From: Lentisphaeria bacterium
Lineage (GTDB): Bacteria; Verrucomicrobiota; Lentisphaeria; JABSQK01; JAWLHB01
Length of the DNA stretch: 64,000 nucleotides
Direction: 5' to 3'
Assembly: GCA_041690595.1 (NCBI GenBank)
Contig: JAWLHB010000001.1
Coordinates: 1 to 64,000 of the forward strand
In this document: positions 8,741-18,665 of the stretch, piece by piece
Layout of the letters: every line of letters begins with the position of its first letter
Position numbering within the stretch: position 1 is the stretch's first letter
Made by a program: the position numbers and the translations under genes
Notes under the pieces: model-generated
Databases searched by the model: none
The model's input: only the letters and a program-made list of their open reading frames with translations
Told to the model about the DNA's origin: nothing

Positions 8741-11140
8741 ATGATGCGAAGCTTGGTCTGCACTACACTGCTCCTCCTGGCTGGCTATTCCGCCTGCGCC
8801 GCGGAATCATCCGGCGACGATCCCTGGGCAACGCGCCGAGCGGCCGTTGACCAGCGACCAAAGACGATATTCGCTCACTACATGGGCTGCTTTCCCATCG
8901 GTACTTACGGCATTTCCCCCAGCTATGCACAGGGCAAAGCCAAAGAGATGAAGCATGGTTCGGGCAGCTTCGAACATGGCTTCGGTGGACGCGTGCGCGG
9001 CGAGCCCCTCTTGCCGGATGGGGTGGACCGCCTCGATATCGAAACGTCGGTCGACCTGGATATGCGCAGAGCCATGCGAGCCGGTATCGACGGCTTTGCA
9101 TTCATGGCGATCGCTGGCGGCAAGAACAACGTCTTCCCGGTTATGGATGCCATGTTCAAGGTGGCCGAGGAAAAGGATTACCCGTTTCAGATCACCTGGT
9201 GCCTCAGCGATCTGGATCGAAGCATCGATGCCATCGAGTACATACTGGCCAAGCATGGCGACAGCCCCAAGCTCGCCCGTCGCGATGGCAAGGTGATGAT
9301 GCTGGGCTACCAGTCCGTCTTCAGTGGCATCGACGGTGCCAGGCGTGTCTTCGCGGAACGGTATCCGGATCTCCAGGTTGACGCGAACTCGCCCGACCTG
9401 CGTGCTTCGCCCGAAGGGTTGCGGCTGTTGCGCGAGGGCTACCGCGACCTCGAGAAACGCTTCAACACGCCCATGTATTTCCAGTTCAGCTTCGGTGCCC
9501 TCTTCTATGGAATGAATGGCAAGCCGAAGGAGGAGATGACCTGGCCCGAGATCATCGGCATCCTGGCCGAAGAGTTCGACGCCATCACCGCCTTTCATGT
9601 CCAGAGCGGCCCCGATGATTATGACGCCGTGGCCCAGGCAGTCACCTCCCGTGGCGCCGAGTGGGGCGAACCCCTCATGTACCAGTACGAGAATCTGCAC
9701 TGGCTCGGCTATCGCGCCCGTTCCTTTCCGCTGGTGCCCGGCAGCGATGCGATTCGCGAACGGTGGGAGCGAGCGAGGGCCAACAACTCCACCCTCATTC
9801 AGTTCACCACCTGGAACGATTACGCCGAGGCCACCAGTCTGGCGCCGACTGCCAACACGCGCTACGGGCTGATCGACCTGACCGCCTACTTCGTCGAATG
9901 GTGGAAGAGCGGTGTTCAGCCCGAACCCGATCACGACAAGGTCTACCTGATCTACCCCAAATATCCACACGAGCTACCTGCTTACCCATTCCACACGAGA
10001 GGCTTTTGGCGAGACACCGAGGCCATGAACAAGCTCGAAGTCCTGACCATCCTGACGAAACCGGCCCGTCTCCGGATGCCGGGTCGCAGTGAGGAGTGGG
10101 ATGCACCAGCGGGGCTCTCCTGGAAGCAGATCGACCTCGTACCGGGGCCGGTGACCGCGGAAGTGCTGCGGGCCGGACAGGTGGTCGTGCGCTTGGAAAG
10201 CCCGGAACCGGTCACCAACCGGCCGTACCGCGAGCAGCACAGCATGGTCTGCGTATCAACCGAAGATGAGCGCCATTGGCGCGAAGACTTCGGCGACGCG
10301 TCGCCGGCGCCCATGCAACGCGGCGAGTACGGTGATATCGACGGCGACGGTCTTCCCAACTGGTTCGAGATGTACTGGTTCGGCGAGAGCGCCCTTGACG
10401 CGGCTTCAGTGGCGAACGCACGCCCGGACGACGATCCGGATGGTGACGGCATGACCAATCTGCAGGAGTTCCAGGCGCAGACCAACCCCACCATGGCCGC
10501 GATCTACGAGCCAGGCTTCGTCTGGGATTTCGCCGAGGTGGGACAAAGCTTTGCCGCTTACAATCCCGAATACGATCGATTCGACACCCCGGTCTGGTTC
10601 TTCGCCAACGCGTATGCCGACACCTTGCCGCTCGCACATGCCAACTATCTGCCGTGCGAACGCTTCGGCTGGTATCCGCACAAGGGCAACCGGGCTGTCT
10701 ACGCCCCCCCTTACAACGCACCCAGCCCATCCAAGCCGGCTGGTGAAATGACCCGATTCTGGGAAGGAGATCCGGCAAAGGCGACGTCGAGCCGCTTTCG
10801 CATTACCGTGGGGCGTCATGGCCTGCAGGCCATCGGCTGGCGCAGCCCCATCGCTGGCGCCGTCAGCGTGAAAGCCTCACTATCGCCTTTCGACCAGGAC
10901 AAGACGCTCTTCCCGCCCGCCACGGTCACCATCGAGCGTGTCGGCGTTCAGGAACCCTTGTTTACCAAAGCCTTTCTACCACACGAGGGCGTCGACATCG
11001 AGACCGGCTCCATCCCCGTGAAGGCCGGCGAGATGCTCTACCTTGTACTCGATGCCGAACCCGGCCAGAGTCGGCTCTTTACGCTCATCCTGGATAAACT
11101 GCACGTATCTCTACTCACGAAAAAGATGGATCAACCATGA
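8741..11140 (+). CDS. Secreted GH71/GH99-like glycoside hydrolase with Ca-binding DxDGDG repeats
   Basis: IFAHYM, AMRAGIDGFAF, IQFTTWNDYAEAT; DIDGDGLPNWFE and DPDGDGMTNLQEFQAQTNP. Confidence 0.75.
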   Translation: MMRSLVCTTLLLLAGYSACAAESSGDDPWATRRAAVDQRPKTIFAHYMGCFPIGTYGISPSYAQGKAKEMKHGSGSFEHGFGGRVRGEPLLPDGVDRLDIETSVDLDMRRAMRAGIDGFAFMAIAGGKNNVFPVMDAMFKVAEEKDYPFQITWCLSDLDRSIDAIEYILAKHGDSPKLARRDGKVMMLGYQSVFSGIDGARRVFAERYPDLQVDANSPDLRASPEGLRLLREGYRDLEKRFNTPMYFQFSFGALFYGMNGKPKEEMTWPEIIGILAEEFDAITAFHVQSGPDDYDAVAQAVTSRGAEWGEPLMYQYENLHWLGYRARSFPLVPGSDAIRERWERARANNSTLIQFTTWNDYAEATSLAPTANTRYGLIDLTAYFVEWWKSGVQPEPDHDKVYLIYPKYPHELPAYPFHTRGFWRDTEAMNKLEVLTILTKPARLRMPGRSEEWDAPAGLSWKQIDLVPGPVTAEVLRAGQVVVRLESPEPVTNRPYREQHSMVCVSTEDERHWREDFGDASPAPMQRGEYGDIDGDGLPNWFEMYWFGESALDAASVANARPDDDPDGDGMTNLQEFQAQTNPTMAAIYEPGFVWDFAEVGQSFAAYNPEYDRFDTPVWFFANAYADTLPLAHANYLPCERFGWYPHKGNRAVYAPPYNAPSPSKPAGEMTRFWEGDPAKATSSRFRITVGRHGLQAIGWRSPIAGAVSVKASLSPFDQDKTLFPPATVTIERVGVQEPLFTKAFLPHEGVDIETGSIPVKAGEMLYLVLDAEPGQSRLFTLILDKLHVSLLTKKMDQP

Positions 11141-12228
11141 CTACACCCGTCGTTGCCGGTGTCATCGGCTGTGGCAACATTTCCTCCTTTCACTTTTCGG
11201 GCCTTGAGAAGGCCGGCGCGCGGATCAAGTGGGTCTGCGACCTGAACGCCGCGACAGCCCGCCCATGGGCTGATAAGTTCGGCGCCCGCTTCACGGCTGA
11301 TCACCGGGAGGTGCTGGCCGACCCTTCCGTGAATCTGGTCAATGTCACCACCATCTCTCGCACCCACAAGTCCATCTGCCTCGACGCCATCGCCGCGGGC
11401 AAGGCGGTCATCTGCGAGAAGACGCTGGCGGAAAACGCCGACGATGCCTTCGAGATCGTGAGGCAGGCGGAAGAGGCCGGCACCATCTTCTACACCTCCT
11501 ACATGAAGCGCTTCCTGCCGGCCGTTGAGAAAGCCAGGGAACTGCTGCCCCGGATCGGCCGCATCCTGACCACCCACATTCGCTCGCACCAGCCTTGGGG
11601 CACGGGGCACTGGGCGAACTGCGTTGCCGACGAAGCCGGAGAGAAGCCCGCGAAGCCCTCCTTCTGTGTCGCCAACTACGGCGGCGGCATCCTCGTCTGC
11701 GGCGGCAGTCACACCCTCGACCTGACGCTTCATCTGGTTGGTCGCCCGCATCGTCTCTACGCCCAGATGCACACCCCGGCCAACAAAGATTACGACTTGC
11801 GTGCCAGTGCGCTGCTGGAGACCCAACAGAATGGCATCGTCCTCTTCGAGGCACTCAACCACCCGCACGCCCATGCCGGCTTCCTGCGCGATGGCTGGGA
11901 CGAGCGCATCGAGATTATCGGCATCGATGGCCGGCTGGAGATCCGCACGCCAATGTGGAACGAGGTGAACACCAAATCATCGCTGCTGTGGCATTATGAC
12001 AGCCGCGATGCCAGCATGCGCGAGTACAGCTTCGAGCCCCTGTCGCCCTTCGACCGCGCCATCTCCTTCTTCTGTCAAAACATTGCCAAAGGCCAGCAAG
12101 GCGCGCAGTCGCGCTGGACCGGCTACGACGTGGATGAACTGATCGCCCACCTGAAAAAGAGCGCCGCTGCGCACCAGGCGATAGAGATCGAATGGCGAAC
12201 GGCCGCCACGGGAGCGCCACAATCATGA
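11137..12228 (+). CDS. Gfo/Idh/MocA family oxidoreductase
   Basis: GVIGCGNIS Rossmann motif; GKAVICEKTLA; GGSHTLD; ATGA overlap with the upstream gene. Confidence 0.92.
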   Translation: MTTPVVAGVIGCGNISSFHFSGLEKAGARIKWVCDLNAATARPWADKFGARFTADHREVLADPSVNLVNVTTISRTHKSICLDAIAAGKAVICEKTLAENADDAFEIVRQAEEAGTIFYTSYMKRFLPAVEKARELLPRIGRILTTHIRSHQPWGTGHWANCVADEAGEKPAKPSFCVANYGGGILVCGGSHTLDLTLHLVGRPHRLYAQMHTPANKDYDLRASALLETQQNGIVLFEALNHPHAHAGFLRDGWDERIEIIGIDGRLEIRTPMWNEVNTKSSLLWHYDSRDASMREYSFEPLSPFDRAISFFCQNIAKGQQGAQSRWTGYDVDELIAHLKKSAAAHQAIEIEWRTAATGAPQS

Positions 12229-14279
12229 GCAACGCTCTTGTCATCGCCGGCAACGGCCGTCCCGCCTTCACCCTGTCGGTCTATGAGAACGCCGGCACCA
12301 TAGTGACCAATGCCATAAGCATGCTGTGGGAGGAACTGGCAACACGCCATGGCGTGGTCGGCGAGCCGGAAGCTGAGACGGTCGGCTGCCTGATCGTCGA
12401 GGAGCCGACTCTCGATGCCGACAACGACCAGACCTTCAGCCTGCGGACGGAACGGCTTGGCGAGATCTGGCGGCTGGTTGTGACGGGCACCGGCGAACGT
12501 GGCATTCTCTACGCTTTCTGCGACCTGCTGGACCGGCTGGAGAATCGTGGCGGCACCCTCTGGTTGCCGGAGCTGAACCTGACCTCGTCTCCAACCATGA
12601 GGGAGCGCGGAACGGAGCGGCATTGGAAGCCCAGCTTCTCCGACGAGGAAGGCGTTGAGGCCAACATCCGGCTGATCCGCGCCCTGGCCAGGAAACGGGT
12701 CAATACGCTGCTGTGGATCGACGGTTGGATCCAGCCCGGGTGGCACCGCTTTCTCGAGTTTCGGCACTACCCGCCGCTCTACCGGCCGGAGCGCCACGAG
12801 CGGGTCGAGAAGGCCAAGGATTGCCTGCGCCGCATCGTGGCCGAGGCAAACGCCTGGGGCATGAAGTTCTACCTCAGTACCACCGAGTTCACCGTTCCCG
12901 AGAGTCTGTTAACGATCTCTCCCCAACTCTTCCACACGAACGAGCGAGGCTTCCCCGTCCTTCGCTTCGAGTTGCCGGAGAGCTGGCACTACTATCGCGC
13001 CAGAATCCGCGAGATCATGGAAGACATCCCGGGACTTGCCGGAATCGAGTTGTGGCTCGGAGAAGCCATGGATCCCTTCATCTGCCACTTCGACCATCCC
13101 GATGAGTGGCCGCTCCACCGGCAGTTCCTCCACGTCTGGGAGCAGACCCTCGCGGCCATGGACGACGCCGGCAGGCACGACGCCAAGCTCGTCTGCGCCA
13201 CCTTCACCCACCATGCCGACGGCGAAGCCATCTTCGAGCCGCTCCGCGGCAAGCTCCCAGAGCGCTGCGAAGGCCGCATGAAGATGCAGGTCGAGGACTT
13301 CTACCGCTACAACGACCCCACCGGCCTGACCGGACGTATCAGCCCCGGCCGCGAATGGATCGAGATGGACCCGGGCGGCGAGCACCGCGGTGATTGGATT
13401 GGCTGGATCAACGTCCATCTGAACTACCTGCGGGAGCGCATGCGCCACTACCATGACCGCGGTGTGGATCAGTTCATCTGCCGGGTGCGCGGCTTCTCCC
13501 CCGGGCCGTACTCCCAACTCATTGGGGATCTGGATGTGCTCGGCGGTATCCAGGCCATCAAGTACGATGCCTTCTTCCGCTGGTGCTGGAATATCGATCT
13601 TTCCATTGACGAGATCTGGCAGCAGTGCCGACCTGCCGGCTATCCCGACGACATGCTCGAGTTCTACCTGCTCTCGGAAAAGGTCTCCGACCAGACCCAG
13701 AACGTCGGCCGTTGCCTGGTCAACAACAACCACGCGACCTTCCTGGCATCGGTCGAGCACTACCAGTACAAGATGAAGCTCATCGACACCTATGGCAACA
13801 ACGAGTGCCGAAAGCGCGCTGCCATTCTCGACCCCACCTTCGAAAATCTGGATGCGATCATTCGCGAGAAGGCCGAAGCCGTCGAGTATGTCGAGCGCAT
13901 GCAGGCGATCCTGGCGGCATGTCGCGAGCGTCTGCCAGCCGACGACTACGCAATTCTCAAGCGCACCCTCGACTATCAGGCCCAATGCGTTCGCGTCTGG
14001 CGCCATCACACGGAAGCCTTCTTCCGCTACCGGCTTTTCGCGCGTAACGTGCCCGGCGCCACCTTCGGCGACCTGGTCGCCACCTGCAAGCGGTGCCAGG
14101 CGGAGATCCGCGTGCTGCGCACCTTTGATGAAGATCAGGCCGATACGGCCCAGGCTCTGATGGGCAACTTGATCTCGCTGGGTTGGGTGCAATGTTGCAG
14201 CTGTCAGAGTCATCCCAAAGGCATTCTTCCCGATGACGGCTTCGACGCCGTCGGCCAGCCAGCATCCGATTACAAATGA
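12225..14279 (+). CDS. Hypothetical glycoside-hydrolase-like protein (GH20/GH67/GH115-type N-terminal domain)
   Basis: ATGA overlap; VTGTGERGILYAFCDLL and SSPTMRERG motifs typical of the hexosaminidase/glucuronidase N-domain, followed by a TIM-barrel-like region. Confidence 0.6.
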   Translation: MSNALVIAGNGRPAFTLSVYENAGTIVTNAISMLWEELATRHGVVGEPEAETVGCLIVEEPTLDADNDQTFSLRTERLGEIWRLVVTGTGERGILYAFCDLLDRLENRGGTLWLPELNLTSSPTMRERGTERHWKPSFSDEEGVEANIRLIRALARKRVNTLLWIDGWIQPGWHRFLEFRHYPPLYRPERHERVEKAKDCLRRIVAEANAWGMKFYLSTTEFTVPESLLTISPQLFHTNERGFPVLRFELPESWHYYRARIREIMEDIPGLAGIELWLGEAMDPFICHFDHPDEWPLHRQFLHVWEQTLAAMDDAGRHDAKLVCATFTHHADGEAIFEPLRGKLPERCEGRMKMQVEDFYRYNDPTGLTGRISPGREWIEMDPGGEHRGDWIGWINVHLNYLRERMRHYHDRGVDQFICRVRGFSPGPYSQLIGDLDVLGGIQAIKYDAFFRWCWNIDLSIDEIWQQCRPAGYPDDMLEFYLLSEKVSDQTQNVGRCLVNNNHATFLASVEHYQYKMKLIDTYGNNECRKRAAILDPTFENLDAIIREKAEAVEYVERMQAILAACRERLPADDYAILKRTLDYQAQCVRVWRHHTEAFFRYRLFARNVPGATFGDLVATCKRCQAEIRVLRTFDEDQADTAQALMGNLISLGWVQCCSCQSHPKGILPDDGFDAVGQPASDYK

Positions 14280-14282
14280 CCC

Positions 14283-16277
14283 ATGGAGCCCGTGGTGAAG
14301 ATCAAGATAAAGAAGGATCCATCCTTCGTTTTCGCTCTTGAGGAAGTCAACCGTTTCCTGCCCGACTTCAGTTACCCGATAGATTTGCGGGTCGATGACC
14401 AGCTGGCGCCAGGCGCTCTGGTCGGGGAGCGGACCGAATACGGTTTCCTCCTGAGAGGCGCCGATGTAACCTGCGTACTGCATGCCGCCTACACCTTCCT
14501 CGAGCAAATGGGCTGGCGCTTCGAACTCACCGGCCCCGTGCAACTCGGTGAAGCTGATGCTGCCAATTTCAAGCCGTTTCACATCACCCCCGCGGTGAAA
14601 CAGCGAGGCATCCGCCAGCACATCAACTTCCCCATGGATATCTCCAGCTATACCTGCGAGGAGGCCCGCGAGTACATCCGCAACCTCGCCCGTCTGCGCT
14701 ATAACCACATCACCTTTCACAGCTACCCCAACCAGTGGATCGACGGCAAGCAGGCCAGCGACCTCAAAACCGCCGGCGCCTTCTTCTACGGACAGCGCCA
14801 CGATATCCCCGACCATCCGCTGCTCAAACGCGCCATCGACAATGAAACGACATTCTGCATCCCCGAAATCGAAGCGCATGTCGACGATCTGGAGCAGAGA
14901 AGCAAGATGGCGATCGCCTGGCTGCAGGCAGTCATGGCCGAAGCCGCCCGTTGCGGACTCCACATCCAGTTCTCCTTCGAACCGCGACACGGTAACCGCA
15001 CGCTGACCCTCGCCACCTGCCGGCATATCCTCGACCTCTACCCGTGGATTGACACCCTGGAGCTGATCAGCACCGAAACCGGCGGGTGGGGCGAACCCAA
15101 TGATGCCGAGACGGTGCGGAAAGCGCTCGACCTCCACTATTCCGTGGAGCTTCAGCAGAGCCCCGAGTTTCTCGCCGCCATGAACGCCGGGAAGGCCAAC
15201 TTCGACCACATCATGACCCAGCTGGCGCACTTGATCGAGGCTGTGCGCGCCTTCCAGCCCAAAGCTGCCGCGAAGCACGTCGATCTGGTGCTGGGCGTCT
15301 ACTGCGTCCTGCCGGAGTTTCATCCAGCCATCCTCCGCGTTGTCCGCGAGCGGCTGCCCAGGGAAATCTCCTTTGCCTTCCTGCCCGAGCACAGCAGTGG
15401 CCGCGTGGCCAAAGCCATGGCGGATCTCCAGCAGGACGATGCCGACTGGCAGCGGACTTTTCTCTACAGCTGGCTGGAGTTCGACGGTACCATGTACCTT
15501 CAGCAGAACGGCGTGCCGGGGCTGGAAAGGCTCTTCAGCACGCTCCAGGGAAAGGTCCAGGGTATGGCGTTCAATCACTGGCGTACGGCGGAGAATCAGC
15601 TTGTCGCCCGCTATGCGGCCGAAGCCTGCCTGCACGGTAGCATCCCCGCCGCCCACTTCTATGCCGACTATGCCCGGTGCCTCGGCATCGGCGATCCGCC
15701 GGCCTTTGCCGAAGCTCACGAACGGATGGCCGACGCCGACTGGATGGCGACCAACAAGCTCTTCAACATCGGCTTCTGCTATGCCGGCTGCTGGGGCCGG
15801 ACCGGCCTCGGCTACTTCACCCATTGGCGCATTGACGACATCCTCGAAAACCGCGACCTATTCAACCAGGCGCACGACCTGCTCGCCCGCTGTGCCCGGA
15901 AGACAACCTCCAAAGCCGGCCGTAAATTTCTCTCCTTTCTCGACAACCGAGTGCGCTGCACCATGGTCTATCTGGAAGCCATGGCCAAAGGCTCGGAGCT
16001 TCAGAAGTTCAAAGATCTCCAGCCCGACGACCTGACCGAGAGCCAGAAAGCCGACGTCATCGCCATCTGCGATGCCGCCCTGACGCTGCTGGAGCAGTAC
16101 ATGACCCTCCACGCCCAGGCCATGCCCGATCGCGGCTGCCAGGGCACCCTCATCAGCGTCTATTACACCCCTCTCGCCGTCCTCAAACGCATCCGCTCCG
16201 ACTACGCCGGCATTCCCACCGACCTCCCCTTCATCCCCACCTCCCACGACGAGCCCCCCAGCCCCATCGAATGGTAA
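14283..16277 (+). CDS. Hypothetical glycoside-hydrolase-like protein (GH67/GH115/GH20-like architecture)
   Basis: GADVTCVLHAAYTFLEQMGWRF, PAVKQRGIRQHINF, YIRNLARLRYNHITFH; 3 bp after the previous stop. Confidence 0.6.
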   Translation: MEPVVKIKIKKDPSFVFALEEVNRFLPDFSYPIDLRVDDQLAPGALVGERTEYGFLLRGADVTCVLHAAYTFLEQMGWRFELTGPVQLGEADAANFKPFHITPAVKQRGIRQHINFPMDISSYTCEEAREYIRNLARLRYNHITFHSYPNQWIDGKQASDLKTAGAFFYGQRHDIPDHPLLKRAIDNETTFCIPEIEAHVDDLEQRSKMAIAWLQAVMAEAARCGLHIQFSFEPRHGNRTLTLATCRHILDLYPWIDTLELISTETGGWGEPNDAETVRKALDLHYSVELQQSPEFLAAMNAGKANFDHIMTQLAHLIEAVRAFQPKAAAKHVDLVLGVYCVLPEFHPAILRVVRERLPREISFAFLPEHSSGRVAKAMADLQQDDADWQRTFLYSWLEFDGTMYLQQNGVPGLERLFSTLQGKVQGMAFNHWRTAENQLVARYAAEACLHGSIPAAHFYADYARCLGIGDPPAFAEAHERMADADWMATNKLFNIGFCYAGCWGRTGLGYFTHWRIDDILENRDLFNQAHDLLARCARKTTSKAGRKFLSFLDNRVRCTMVYLEAMAKGSELQKFKDLQPDDLTESQKADVIAICDAALTLLEQYMTLHAQAMPDRGCQGTLISVYYTPLAVLKRIRSDYAGIPTDLPFIPTSHDEPPSPIEW

Positions 16278-16395
16278 CCCCGAACCCACAGCCCATGAAG
16301 AGCGACTACTGCCTCGCGGTGGAGTCTTTTCGCGTTTCGCAGCTCTGGTATGGGCTGCGACCATCACAAGCCCACCTTGGTGCATCACGCCAGGA

Positions 16396-16494
16396 ATGCC
16401 CTGACGGGGCATCGTCCCTCAGCCCAGGGTTGTGCCGCTGAAAGGCGGTGCTACCCTGGGTATCCTTTCCCACTCATCAACCCGGAACGGGTTG
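16396..16494. repeat. REP-like composite palindromic element
   Basis: ATGCCC-tgacg-GGGCAT (16396-412); CCCAGGGT...ACCCTGGG (16423-460); CAACCCG-gaa-CGGGTTG (16478-494). Confidence 0.65.
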
Positions 16495-16694
16495 CGTCCA
16501 CCGCGGCTCTCTCGCCCGCGTGTCATCGGTCACCTCACTTGAACAACTTGCGCCGCGCGGAACTACTGCCTTGAAAATGCGTGTACAGCGTGCGATAGTC
16601 GGACTCGGTGCTCATGTGGTACGACCGGGAGTAACATGAAGGTGAAATGCGAACGGATTCGAATGACGGTAAGTAGCATAGGAACAAGGCAGTC

Positions 16695-17984
16695 ATGGCT
16701 AAGATAGAGGGCTTTCGGCTTCGGAATTTTCGGGCGCTGAAGGATGTGACCTTGGGTCGTCTGTGGAACCAACAGCAGTCTGAGGCGTTAACTCCCATGA
16801 CGGCGGTCATCGGCAAGAACGGGGTTGGCAAGAGCACACTGGTCGACGCTTTTGGCTTCCTCGCGGACTGTCTCCGGTCAGGAGTCGAAGAGGCGTGCGA
16901 TGCCCGTGGCCGGGGCGGGTTCAAGCGCATCCGCACTCAGGGCGCGGATGGCCCGCTGGAGTTCGAGATCTACTATCGAGAGGAGGGCAACGCGCGTCCC
17001 ATTACCTATGAGCTTTCCATCGACCTCGATAGCACTGGGCGCCCCTACGTTGCAAAGGAGCGCCTCCGGCAAAGGAGAAAAGGACAGAGGCATGGCCGTC
17101 CCTTTTCCTTCCTGATGCTTGAGAATGGCCGCGGTGTGGCATGGAAGGGGGAGGCGGCGGGAAGCCAGATTGACGAGTCCGCCCCCTTTGACCTATCCGG
17201 TTTCTTGGAACGACTTGAGCGGGGGGAGGCAAAAGAGGAACCAAGGGAAACTGAAGTTGTTGAATTGGAAGACAAGCGTAAGCTTGGAATCGCAACACTG
17301 GGAGCGCTCAAACAGCACCCTCGCATCTCTGCTTTCCGCCAGTTCATAGAAGGATGGTACTTGTGCTACTTCACGCCGGATGCCGCGCGCAGCCTCCCAC
17401 TTTCAGGCGCCCAGCGACACCTTAACATCCACGGCGACAACCTCGGCAATGTCGTTCAGTTCATGGAACGGGAGCACCCCAAGCGCTTTCAATCGATTCT
17501 CGCGCGCATCGCAGAGAAGATCCCCGGCATTCGGAACATCGATACCGAGAGAACCAACGACGGGCGCTTGCTGCTGCGCTTCAATGACAGCGGCTTCAAG
17601 GATCCATTTTATGCGCAGCAGATGTCCGACGGCACACTGAAGGTCTTCGCGTACCTGTTGCTGCTGGAGGATCCAAGCCCACCCCCATTTCTGTGCATCG
17701 AGGAACCCGAGAACGGTCTCTACCATAAGCTTCTGGAGGCTCTGGCTACCGAGTTCCGTGAGCACGCCACCGGCCGGAAAGGCGGCTCACAAGTGTTCAT
17801 CACTACCCATCAGCCGTATTTCGTGGACGCGTTATCGCCAGAGGAAGTGTGGATTCTGGAGAAAGGAGACGATGGCCTTGCCACAATCAAGCGGGCCAGC
17901 GATGACGAACTCGTGAAGAATATGGTGGCCGAGGGACTGCCGCTGGGCGGCCTTTGGTACAGCGACTATCTCGACGCGAGGTGA
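16695..17984 (+). CDS. AAA_21/AbiEii-like soluble ABC ATPase
   Basis: LRNFRAL start; Walker A GKNGVGKS; signature MSDGT; Walker B CIEEPENGL; H-loop ITTH; no transmembrane partner. Confidence 0.9.
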   Translation: MAKIEGFRLRNFRALKDVTLGRLWNQQQSEALTPMTAVIGKNGVGKSTLVDAFGFLADCLRSGVEEACDARGRGGFKRIRTQGADGPLEFEIYYREEGNARPITYELSIDLDSTGRPYVAKERLRQRRKGQRHGRPFSFLMLENGRGVAWKGEAAGSQIDESAPFDLSGFLERLERGEAKEEPRETEVVELEDKRKLGIATLGALKQHPRISAFRQFIEGWYLCYFTPDAARSLPLSGAQRHLNIHGDNLGNVVQFMEREHPKRFQSILARIAEKIPGIRNIDTERTNDGRLLLRFNDSGFKDPFYAQQMSDGTLKVFAYLLLLEDPSPPPFLCIEEPENGLYHKLLEALATEFREHATGRKGGSQVFITTHQPYFVDALSPEEVWILEKGDDGLATIKRASDDELVKNMVAEGLPLGGLWYSDYLDAR

Positions 17985-17988
17985 GCCG

Positions 17989-18654
17989 ATGCACGTCGAG
18001 ATAATCGTGGAAGATCAGTCCGGCAAAAAAGCCCTCGACATCCTCGTTCCGAAGATCGTCGGCGATGGCCACACCTTTGCCGTTCGTGCTTACAGAGGAA
18101 TCGGCCACATACCGAAGAACATGCGGGACACGCGCAACGCTCGCAAGCGCATCCTGCTGGATTGCTTGCCGAAACTGCTCAAGGGATTCGGTAGAACTCA
18201 CGCCAGGTATCCCGACGATTTCCCGGCGGCGGTGGTGCTCGTTTGTGACTTGGACGACAAGTGCCTGAAGAGCTTCCGCGCTGAGCTGAATGCCATTCTC
18301 AATGCCTGCCATCCTCAACCCAAGACGCGTTTCTGTTTTGCGATCGAGGAGGGTGAAGCCTGGTTCCTTGGCGATCTGGCGGCCATCAAGAGTGCCTATC
18401 CTGCCGCGAAATCGGAAGTCCTTGATACTTATGTCCAGGACAGCATCTGCGGGACATGGGAGCTTCTCGCCGACGCCGTCTTTCCCGGTGGTGCTGAAGC
18501 TCTTCTATCCAAAGGTTGGCAAGTCGTAGGGACCGAGAAATCACGGTGGGCGAAAGCGATCTCCCCTGTCATGCATGTCGAGACCAACGATTCGCCCAGT
18601 TTTCAGTATTTTCGCGCCAAGCTGTGTGAGCTGACAACAGGCGAAGACCTATAG
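17989..18654 (+). CDS. DUF4276/RloB-like TOPRIM-fold protein
   Basis: IIVEDQS (TOPRIM Glu), VCDLDD (DxD), IEEGEAWFLGD, C-terminal NDSPSF; 4 bp downstream of the ATPase. Confidence 0.75.
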   Translation: MHVEIIVEDQSGKKALDILVPKIVGDGHTFAVRAYRGIGHIPKNMRDTRNARKRILLDCLPKLLKGFGRTHARYPDDFPAAVVLVCDLDDKCLKSFRAELNAILNACHPQPKTRFCFAIEEGEAWFLGDLAAIKSAYPAAKSEVLDTYVQDSICGTWELLADAVFPGGAEALLSKGWQVVGTEKSRWAKAISPVMHVETNDSPSFQYFRAKLCELTTGEDL

Positions 18655-18665
18655 GGAACATTAGC

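Noticed and set aside
12909..15824. 971-aa minus-strand ORF
   Set aside because: Antisense shadow of two well-formed plus-strand genes; no motifs; expected from high-GC codon bias
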